The notes beneath the pieces were generated by a model. It was given only the letters and a program-made list of their open reading frames with translations. It did no database searches and was not told the origin of the DNA. From contig OZ252219.1 of NCBI GenBank assembly GCA_965249105.1, positions 1,173,914 to 1,237,913 of the forward strand: a DNA stretch of 64,000 bases. The letters are read 5' to 3'. This document shows, piece by piece, positions 36,748 to 44,424 of this stretch. This stretch comes from Vicinamibacterales bacterium. Its GTDB lineage: Bacteria > Acidobacteriota > Vicinamibacteria > Vicinamibacterales > UBA8438. Each line of letters starts with the position of its first letter. Within the stretch, counting starts at the first letter, position 1. The translations under genes and the position numbers were made by a program.

Positions 36748-37284
36748 ATGGGAACAAAAAAGGTGAATATGTTGTCTGCTGGGCTGTGGCATTATGGGCG
36801 GGAGTTCATAGAGACCGCCGCCGCCGCGTTGGACCTCTACAAGAAGAATAATCCCACCAATCCCATCGGTCCCAGCTACGCCCCATTCGCGATCTACTTC
36901 AATTTCTTGCACGGGATTGAACTCGGCCTCAAGTCTTACCTGGTCCATGAAGCGGGGATGCTTGAGAAGGAGCTTCGTGAGAAAAGGTTCGGTCACAAGC
37001 TTAACCGTTTACTCAATAAGGCGCTTCGTCACGGTCTGCAGTCCGCTTGCACTGAATTGACAGACACCGATCTTCAGGCAATTCGACTTTTAAGCAAGCA
37101 CTACTCATCCAAGAAATTCGAGTACATCTGGATGGACGGTCCTTTGGAAATGTTGGACATCGATCAAGTTGCCAAGACTGCCAATAACCTGATTTCTGGT
37201 CTCAAAGACCTTGTCTCATTGGAGGCGCTTTCCGACTCCGAGAAGAAGGAAGTGCTTTCCGACTTCAAGAAGAAGAGAGCTTAA
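36748..37284 (+). CDS. hypothetical alpha-helical protein on a low-GC islet (possible HEPN-like)
   Basis: Visibly lower GC than the high-GC prophage remnant around it. The REKRFGHKLNRLL stretch fits a loose R-x5-H HEPN-like pattern. Weak call. Confidence 0.5.
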   Translation: MGTKKVNMLSAGLWHYGREFIETAAAALDLYKKNNPTNPIGPSYAPFAIYFNFLHGIELGLKSYLVHEAGMLEKELREKRFGHKLNRLLNKALRHGLQSACTELTDTDLQAIRLLSKHYSSKKFEYIWMDGPLEMLDIDQVAKTANNLISGLKDLVSLEALSDSEKKEVLSDFKKKRA

Positions 37285-37310
37285 GTACTAGCCCGCTGCT
37301 CGTAAAGCGG

Positions 37311-37493
37311 TCAGGGCGAGACAGGCGACTGCTGGATCAAGAGCCGCAGGGCGATGATGACCGGCCCCGGAATCGGCCCGTGGCCGTTCTGCCACCGACG
37401 CACCGACCGGGGGTCCACACCCAAGCGCTCGGCCAGCTGCTCGACCGAGAGCCCAAGCGCGAGACGGTTGTCCCTAAACTCACGCGGCGTCAT
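37311..37493 (-). CDS. XRE-family HTH protein (60 aa)
   Basis: LALGLSVEQLAERLGVDPRSVRRWQNG. Confidence 0.6.
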   Translation of the reverse strand: MTPREFRDNRLALGLSVEQLAERLGVDPRSVRRWQNGHGPIPGPVIIALRLLIQQSPVSP

Positions 37494-37780
37494 GCGCTCG
37501 TGCGCTCCGTCGAGACGAGCAGCTTGACGGTGGCCGGCGGGGACCCGACCCGCTGGCGGATCTCCAGCAACGCCTCAATCAACCGGCGCTCTGGCACGGG
37601 CGGCCCGCCGTCACGCCCCAGCCACCATTCCCGTTCACAGCCTGGACACCGGAGTGCCCCCGGCTGGCGGCCGGCGGACTCCAGGTTGGCGATCACGATC
37701 CCGTGCCCGCACGCCGTGCATTCGATCATCAGCGACGTGATGTCAGCTGCCGTGAACGTGTACAGGGTCTCAGCCGTCAT
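37490..37780 (-). CDS. small CxxC...CxxC zinc-ribbon protein (96 aa), paralog 2
   Basis: ECTACGHG...RCPGCEREWW. Start and stop overlap the neighbouring genes. Confidence 0.5.
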   Translation of the reverse strand: MTAETLYTFTAADITSLMIECTACGHGIVIANLESAGRQPGALRCPGCEREWWLGRDGGPPVPERRLIEALLEIRQRVGSPPATVKLLVSTERTSA

Positions 37781-38060
37781 CGCGGTCGCCCTCCGCCATC
37801 GGCCGTTCGAACACCAGCCGCACGTGATACGCCCGCTCGGCGTCGCGTTGCACGCTCCTCAGTTCATCGCACAACCGCCGGAGGGCGGTGACGCGCCCGG
37901 TCTGCAGATACCAGTCGACGTCGCAGTTCGGACACCGCGCCGGGAAAACCGAGGACCAGGTGCTCAGGTGAATCGTGATCGCCGTGCGGCAGTTCTTGCA
38001 CGCCAGTTCGACCACCGCCACGTCTTCGAGGTCAATGCGACGCGTTTCGTGCGTCGTCAT
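37770..38060 (-). CDS. small CxxC...CxxC zinc-ribbon protein (96 aa), paralog 1
   Basis: ACKNCRTA...RCPNCDVDWY. ATGA overlap with the portal stop. Confidence 0.5.
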   Translation of the reverse strand: MTTHETRRIDLEDVAVVELACKNCRTAITIHLSTWSSVFPARCPNCDVDWYLQTGRVTALRRLCDELRSVQRDAERAYHVRLVFERPMAEGDRDDG

Positions 38061-38599
38061 GTCGTCTCCTTCGTCGCCGTCTGTGTCGGGGCGCCCTTCG
38101 GTTGCAGCAGTCGATCGCCGTCGGGCACGGGCGGCAAGCGCAGGAGGCGCCGCCCCTCGTTGATCGTCATCACCCCCGCCTTGGCGACGGCCTGATCCAC
38201 CGCGCGGACCTGCTCGGTCCACGAGCCCGCGCGAATACGATCCGCCGGCATCCGCACCACGAGCCCATCGGCGGCGTCGTCCGCTGACACCAACTTCGTC
38301 GTCAGCTGCGCTTGCACGCGCTGGACGTGCTCTTGAATCGACCACCGCTCGAAGTCCACCGCATGCCCCTCGAAGGTCGTCGCCACCTTCGCGCCCTCGT
38401 GGAAGTGCCCGAGCATCCGCGGCGGCACCCCGAACGCCCGCCCGACGTCCTCGACGCTATACTTCAGGAGCTCGATCAACTGGATGTCGGCAGCGCTCAG
38501 TCCCCCAACCGTGTCGAGCCCAAAGCCGGGCGGGAAGACCGGAATTTGGCCCTTGCGCCGAGCCGCCTCGTAGCTCTGGTTGAGGTCATCCTGAAACTG
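38057..38599 (-). pseudogene. phage portal protein, C-terminal fragment (5'-truncated at repeat copy G)
   Basis: LQQFQDDLNQSYEAARRKGQIPVFPPGFGLDTVGGLSAADIQLIELLKYSVEDVGRAFGVPPRMLG...INEGRRLLRLPPVPDGD. Confidence 0.7.
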
Positions 38600-38713
38600 C
38601 TGGAGCGCGCACAGTGAGGTCGATCAAAAGTTTTGATCCGGGATAAGCCGGGATCATCCGGGATGACCCTGGGATGCGACTCTCGCGGTCGCAACGACGT
38701 ACGGGGACGCGGC
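38600..38713 (-). repeat. CCGGGAT-TIR element, right-end-only fragment (copy G, V-type end)
   Basis: ctggagcgcgcacagtgaggtcgatcaaaagttttgatccggg plus the TIR plus gtcgcaacgacgtacggggacgcggc, as in C and D. Confidence 0.8.
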
Positions 38714-38863
38714 CTGGAACATCTCCAACGTCGGCTTCGAGACGCCGCCTGCGGCTGCCAGGGCACTCACGACCAGCACGACCGAGGCAGGGCTTCGCAG
38801 GGTCGAAGTGCAGCCGCTGGCGCGCGGGGTCTGACGAGACATCATGGGGGGATCTCCCGTCTC

Positions 38864-39245
38864 TCACGCTCGCGCGTCCACACCACCGACGCCAGGCTGG
38901 GACGCCTCGCCTGGGTGTCCACGCGGCTCTCCATCATGACCGGAGGGAGACGCGAACCCCAGCCGCGCCCGCTGCGCAACCCAGGCCACCGGCAGGCGGG
39001 TGTCGTGCATGAGCGTGGTGGCCGTCAGCGCGGCCGGCTGCCGGCCTTCGACGATGGCGGCGACGATGTCCGGGGCCAGGTAGCGCAGCCGCAGCAGGCG
39101 GGTGACATACGAGGCGGACACCTGCTCGGCCGCCGCGATTTGGGGCAGCGTGCGCGCGGGAGGCTGCGTCAGCCGATCATGGATCGTGACGGCACGCCCC
39201 AGCAGCCGGATCAGGCACGGGTCCGCGTGGGTGTGGGTGGCGAAT
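38864..39245 (-). pseudogene. C-terminal DNA-binding fragment resembling serine-recombinase-family proteins (catalytic domain absent)
   Basis: LPQIAAAEQVSASYVTRLLRLRYLAPDIVAAIVEGRQPAALTATTLMHDTRLPVAWVAQRARLGF. I recall this motif from recombinase-family proteins; the assignment is from memory only. Confidence 0.35.
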
Positions 39246-39556
39246 TACTAATCGGCCCGTAATCCGGTTGTATTCAGGCGCTGTTTCGCAGCTCCAAAAG
39301 GCCAGAATCTGGCCAGATCTAGCACACTTACCCCCGGTTTGGACTGTGAGCCGTGCACGGCGTCTTCGGTTGGCTCACCACCGCCTGCTCCGAAGCCGAG
39401 CGTTCGTCGAGTGGGAGGCGATGAGGTGCGCCTCTTGAACAGCTGGTCGGTGCTCGGTTGCTACCGCTGAGTAGTTTCTCCACTTCGTCAAGTTGACAGC
39501 ACCCGGTGTATTGTTAGGTTCTTGAACCCGGCGGCTTTCGTGTCGAAGGAGACCTC

Positions 39557-40624
39557 ATGCGGCTGTTTCTGATCGTCCTGCTGTTTCCGCTTTCGCTGGT
39601 GATCGCCTGCGGTCCGGCGCCTGTTGAAGAGATGTCGGCGACGGACATACCGGCGGAGGAAGTCCAAGCCGGCCAGATGACGGAGTTCGGGGAGTCGCTC
39701 ATTCGGCCGGGCGCGACCCCTTCCGATCTACTGATGGGGCCGGACCCCGCGCAGATGGAGGATGCGCCCCCGCTCGGCTATGGGCCAGTGCCTCACGGTC
39801 TGCAGATTCCCGTTGACCTGGAGCTCGGCGCGCCGTCCAGCGTCGCCTGGACTGGCGAGGATCGCCTCCTGCTGTTCAACCGGGGCCCCAATCCGTTGGC
39901 CTTGTTCGAGGCTGACGGGACCTTCGTGCGGTCATGGGGGCAGGGCCAGTATCTGAGACCGCATGGGATGCGACTCGATACTGATGGCAACATCTGGGCG
40001 ACGGACGTCGCCGGTCACACCGTTCGGAAGATGAGCCCGGAGGGCGACGTGCTGATGACACTCGGCGTCCATGAAGAGGTCGGCGAGTGGGAAGTAGGAG
40101 CGAGCGAGGGCCTGCTCAATGAGCCCACCGACCTAGCTTTCGGACTCAGCGGGGAGATCTACTTGATCGTCGGGCACGGCAGCGGCCCGCCCGTAATACT
40201 GAAGTTCGACAGCGCCGGCACCCTGCTTGCGAAGTGGGGTAGTCGGGGCACTGGGCCGGGTGAGTTCGACACGCCCCACTCGGTCGTGGTCGACGCGGAA
40301 GGGCTCGTCTATATCGCCGACCGGCAGAATCGTCGCGTTCAGATCTTCGACGCCGACGGAAACTACCTCTCGGAGCGTCAGTACAAGGGGCTTCCGTGCG
40401 GCCTCTACATCCACGACGACCAGCAGATGTACATGGTGAGCGGGTTCTCGGGGGAGATTCTGAAGCTCGATGAAGACGGCAAGGCCATCGGTGCCACCGG
40501 ACAGCCAGGTCCGGGGCTCGGCGAGTTCGGCGAGGCCCACTACATGACGATCGCGTCGAACGGAGACATCTACGTCGCCGACACCGTCAAGCCCGGGCTT
40601 CACAAGTACGCGAAGAAGATGTAG
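39557..40624 (+). CDS. NHL-repeat beta-propeller lipoprotein (peptidylglycine amidating lyase-like)
   Basis: Lipobox LSLVIAC. Repeats include PHGMRLDTDGNIWATD, PTDLAFGLSGEIY, PHSVVVDAEGLVYIADRQNRRVQIFD and AHYMTIASNGDIYVAD. Confidence 0.75.
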   Translation: MRLFLIVLLFPLSLVIACGPAPVEEMSATDIPAEEVQAGQMTEFGESLIRPGATPSDLLMGPDPAQMEDAPPLGYGPVPHGLQIPVDLELGAPSSVAWTGEDRLLLFNRGPNPLALFEADGTFVRSWGQGQYLRPHGMRLDTDGNIWATDVAGHTVRKMSPEGDVLMTLGVHEEVGEWEVGASEGLLNEPTDLAFGLSGEIYLIVGHGSGPPVILKFDSAGTLLAKWGSRGTGPGEFDTPHSVVVDAEGLVYIADRQNRRVQIFDADGNYLSERQYKGLPCGLYIHDDQQMYMVSGFSGEILKLDEDGKAIGATGQPGPGLGEFGEAHYMTIASNGDIYVADTVKPGLHKYAKKM

Positions 40625-40736
40625 TCGCCGCCGGCGGCTCCAGCAGGTCCAGAACCGGCTCTGTCAGGTTGACCCCCCTGGTGGGCAAACGGCCGAAGCG
40701 CTGCTCGCGTGCAACATACTGAACGCGATGACCGAC

Positions 40737-41696
40737 CTAGTCCTGGCCTCCCTCTTCGCGCGCCTCGTCGGCGCGCGCGCCGCTCAACATGCTGGTCATC
40801 GCGTGCTTGTTCCCCTCGTGACAGGCGTACTCATACATGGAGTACTCGTCGAAGCGCGACAGACCGATGGCTGCCTTCCACGGTGTCACCCAGGTTTCCG
40901 GATCGCCGACGATCGCTTCGTAGTCGAGCGAGTCTTCGCCGGTCGGGGTGAATCGCTCGGTCACGGTCAGCTGGTCGGTGTGCGCGTTTCCTCGGATTGC
41001 ACTTCTGTCGGTGAAGTTCGTTGTCTCCACGACCAGCGTGTTGCCGTCGAAGTATCCCCGGGACCGGCCCATCCAGAGCCGGATGTCCGATTCGGGCAGA
41101 GGCCCGTCCGATAGCGGGATGATGCGCGCGTCGTGGATCATCTCGTAGCGGATGACGACGTATCCCGGAACCTGCAGGATCTGATAGGCGTTGTTGTAGA
41201 GAGAGGGAAACGTCGAGGCCGGAACGCCTCGGGTGATGCAGCGTACCCACGGATCGAGGTAGACGTACGAGTCGAACGCCTTGCGGCAGACGTTGTCGAT
41301 CCGCTTGCTTCCAGTCTCCGTCAGCGGCGGCAGCCTGCCGTGCGCCGGTTCCGAAATGAGGCTCGGTCTCACCTTCCCCACGTCCGTGGCCGTTTCGAAC
41401 CAGTGTGCGGGGATACCGCCAATCACCGCGTCGGGGTTGCTCTCGGGCTGGGGCTCATCCGATGGGACACAGGTCCCCGTGCCGATCAACTGGCGAGTGG
41501 CCCTCGTCCCGGGAGGAGCCGGCGCCTCCAGACTGAACCCCTCGCCCAGATCGAAGTTCGTCCAGATTCCTTGGAGATCCGGGTCGCCCCACGGGGTCGT
41601 TGACGGCTGCCCACTGGCCACCGACGGACTGAGCATGGTGAGCGCGGCCACGAGCGCCAGGCACGCGAAGTGAACTGTGGATCGATGTGTCGTCAT
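40737..41696 (-). CDS. secreted protein of unknown function (paralog 1; WG.PDL.G.W ... ACHEGN family)
   Basis: Signal peptide, TTPWGDPDLQGIWT, C-terminal YEYACHEGN. Homologous to 41978..43036. Confidence 0.6.
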   Translation of the reverse strand: MTTHRSTVHFACLALVAALTMLSPSVASGQPSTTPWGDPDLQGIWTNFDLGEGFSLEAPAPPGTRATRQLIGTGTCVPSDEPQPESNPDAVIGGIPAHWFETATDVGKVRPSLISEPAHGRLPPLTETGSKRIDNVCRKAFDSYVYLDPWVRCITRGVPASTFPSLYNNAYQILQVPGYVVIRYEMIHDARIIPLSDGPLPESDIRLWMGRSRGYFDGNTLVVETTNFTDRSAIRGNAHTDQLTVTERFTPTGEDSLDYEAIVGDPETWVTPWKAAIGLSRFDEYSMYEYACHEGNKHAMTSMLSGARADEAREEGGQD

Positions 41697-41977
41697 TGGT
41701 CTTCCTTCGTGGTGTCTTTCGTTCCGTCTTGACTTTACCACTGCTGATGATACCCAGCCTCTTTCTTCCAGGTGCGCCCCCCGACCTCCCGGATTCGCTC
41801 GATGACCCGATCGCGCACCTTCGACCGTCCTCGCCGTGGCGAGATCCTCGTGTAGGAAGCCAGTTTCTCAGGAGTGCCTGTTGAACTGTCCCACGTTCCA
41901 CGCTAGGGTAGTCGCGTTGATCTGTCCATTGCGGTGACCTGTCGGTTCCGGAGACCTGCCCATACAGTGAGGTCCAG

Positions 41978-43036
41978 ATGAGGTATCCATCTTTAATGGT
42001 TGTATGTATCGGGACCCTGGTCGTGGGGCTGACGCCAATGCTTGCAGCGGCGCAGGCAACCAACACACCGCCGCCTCGCACCGCATGGGGCCAGCCGGAT
42101 CTCAGGGGTGTGTGGGAGTTCAGGACGCGTACGCCGCTGCAACGTCCCGAACGGCACGCCGATAGAGAGTTCTTAAGCGAAGAAGAGGCCGCCGAACTCG
42201 AGCGGAGAGAGATTGAGCGGAACACACGTCTGAGTAACCTGCCTGCGCAGCGAGCAACGGTTATCCCCGATCCAGATTCCCCCGCCGGCCGAGCGCTGCT
42301 GGACTCGCCGAGTCACCCAAGCCTCGACGGGGCACCGGCCGCGTACAACAACTTCTGGTTCGATTGGGGCACGACCGTCGTTGGTACGAGGCGCACGTCG
42401 CTGATCGTGGATCCGCCGCATGGGCGGCTTCCGGCCAAGACGGAGGCCGGACGGGCGAGGGCCGCGGCCATGAGCGCTCACTCGTCCTTTAGCGGTACGA
42501 TCGCCGAGTCACACACGGACCTCAGCAATTCCGATCGCTGCCTGACGGGCTCAAACGCCGGGCCACCCATGACGCCGGGTGCGTACAACAACAACGTGCA
42601 GCTGTTTCAGACTCCGGAGTACGTCGCGCTTGTCAACGAGATGGTGCACAGCTTTCGCATCGTGCCGCTCGGCGGGCGTTCCGGTCGTACCCCCGATGTT
42701 CGCCAGTGGTCGGGGGATTCGCGCGGCCACTGGGAGGGCGATACGCTGGTCATCGAGACGGCGAACTTCAACGACCATAACGTCTACAACACGTGGCGGA
42801 GTACCAGTCAGAACATGCAACTGGTGGAACGCTTTACCCGCGTCGATGCGGATACCCTGGAGTACCGATTCACGGTGACGGATCCGGAGACCTGGGAAAG
42901 TTCGTGGACGGCCGACGTTCCGATGCAGCGCAGTGACCTGCCGATATACGAGTTCGCCTGTCACGAAGGCAACTACGGTCTCTACAACATCCTCGCTGGC
43001 GATCGCATCAAGGAAGCCGAGCAGGCAGGGCGGTGA
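41978..43036 (+). CDS. secreted protein of unknown function (paralog 2)
   Basis: TAWGQPDLRGVWEF...HGRLP...YNNNVQLFQTPEYVALVNEMVH..RIVPL...WEGDTLVIETANF...YEFACHEGN. Confidence 0.6.
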   Translation: MRYPSLMVVCIGTLVVGLTPMLAAAQATNTPPPRTAWGQPDLRGVWEFRTRTPLQRPERHADREFLSEEEAAELERREIERNTRLSNLPAQRATVIPDPDSPAGRALLDSPSHPSLDGAPAAYNNFWFDWGTTVVGTRRTSLIVDPPHGRLPAKTEAGRARAAAMSAHSSFSGTIAESHTDLSNSDRCLTGSNAGPPMTPGAYNNNVQLFQTPEYVALVNEMVHSFRIVPLGGRSGRTPDVRQWSGDSRGHWEGDTLVIETANFNDHNVYNTWRSTSQNMQLVERFTRVDADTLEYRFTVTDPETWESSWTADVPMQRSDLPIYEFACHEGNYGLYNILAGDRIKEAEQAGR

Positions 43037-43068
43037 CCGGCTGGCGTCGACACAACTGAGCGCCGGGA

Positions 43069-44424
43069 CTAGATATCCGAGAGGTGCTGCAGCTCCCCCC
43101 TGCTGTCGCCGATGCTCTCGACCGGCACGCCCACCTTGTTCAGGAGGCTGACGTACAGGTTGGTCAGCGGGGTGCCCTCCGGATACCGGAGGTGACGCCC
43201 TCCGCTGAGCTGTCCCGCGCCACCGCCCGCGACCACCAGCGGCAACCCGAGTGACGTGTGGGCGTTGCTGTCGGACATGCCTCGGCCGTAGAGCACGGCG
43301 ACGTCGTCGAGCAGGCTGCCGTCGCCGTCGGGCGTCGACCGCAGCTTCTCGAGGTAGTACGTGAGCAGCCCCGTGTGGTAGGTGTTGATCTTCGTCAGCT
43401 GCGCGAGGTTCTCGGCCTTGCTCTGATGGTGCGAGAGGGCATGGTGCGGATCGGGGACCCCGAGCTCTGGATAGGTGCGCCCGCTGAGCTCGGGCGCCAT
43501 GATGCAGGTAATGACGCGCGTCAGGTCGGCCTGAAACGCCACGACCTGCAGGTCGAACATCAGCTTCGCATACGCGTCGAAGTCGGCGGGCACACCTGGT
43601 GGCTGGTCGACCACCGGAAGCTCGCGGTCGCTTTGCACCTCGGCCATCCGGATGCGCCGTTCGACGTCACGCACCGCGTCGAGATACTCCGTGAGCTTGG
43701 CGCCATCACGGGTGCCGAGCCGCTTCTTGAGATGCGATGCCTTGTCGGCGACCGAATCGAGAATGCTGCGATCGGTCCTTGTGCGCGCGGCTCGAGCCGC
43801 CGGATCGGTGCTCTGCATGTCGCCGAAGAGCCGCTCGAAGACCGCGCGCGGGTTGTTCTCCATCGGCAGGGGCGTCGTCGGCGTGCGCCACGAGATCGTC
43901 GTCGTGTAGGCGCAGCTGAACCCGGCGTCGCAGGCGCCGGCGAACTCGGTCGACTCCAGGCTGAGCTCCAGCGACGCGAGCTGCGTGTGCCGGCCGAGGT
44001 GGGTCGCCGCGATCTGGTCGATCGAAACGCCCGCTTCGAAATCGGCACCTTCCGTTGGCTTGGCGTGCACGCCGGTCAGATACGCGCCGCTGATGCGCCC
44101 GTGGCCGCCGGCGGGCTCGCCCGGGCGCCGGACGGCCGGTGCGTTGTCGAGACCGGTCAGAACGAGCACCCGATCGCGGACCGGCGCTAGCGGCGACAGG
44201 ATCGCGCTGAGCTCGAACCCGGGTCCCTCGAGCGCGGGCGTCCAGTTCTCCATCACGGCGCCGTTGCCGAGATAGAGGATGCTCAAACGGGGCGTCGGTT
44301 TGGCCGCGCTGTTGCGGATCGCGGCGAACGCCGGCACCATGCCGTCGAGCAACGGAAGGGCGATGCTGGCGCCGAGGCCTCGAAGCACGGTGCGCCGCGC
44401 CAGCGCTTTCTTCATGACGATCAT
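43069..44424 (-). CDS. DUF1552-domain protein (Tat-signal-like N-terminus)
   Basis: MIVMKKALARRTVLRGLGASIALPLLD... and a C-terminal HT...LPLVVAGGGAG. ATGA overlap with the upstream DUF1592 gene. Confidence 0.75.
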   Translation of the reverse strand: MIVMKKALARRTVLRGLGASIALPLLDGMVPAFAAIRNSAAKPTPRLSILYLGNGAVMENWTPALEGPGFELSAILSPLAPVRDRVLVLTGLDNAPAVRRPGEPAGGHGRISGAYLTGVHAKPTEGADFEAGVSIDQIAATHLGRHTQLASLELSLESTEFAGACDAGFSCAYTTTISWRTPTTPLPMENNPRAVFERLFGDMQSTDPAARAARTRTDRSILDSVADKASHLKKRLGTRDGAKLTEYLDAVRDVERRIRMAEVQSDRELPVVDQPPGVPADFDAYAKLMFDLQVVAFQADLTRVITCIMAPELSGRTYPELGVPDPHHALSHHQSKAENLAQLTKINTYHTGLLTYYLEKLRSTPDGDGSLLDDVAVLYGRGMSDSNAHTSLGLPLVVAGGGAGQLSGGRHLRYPEGTPLTNLYVSLLNKVGVPVESIGDSRGELQHLSDI

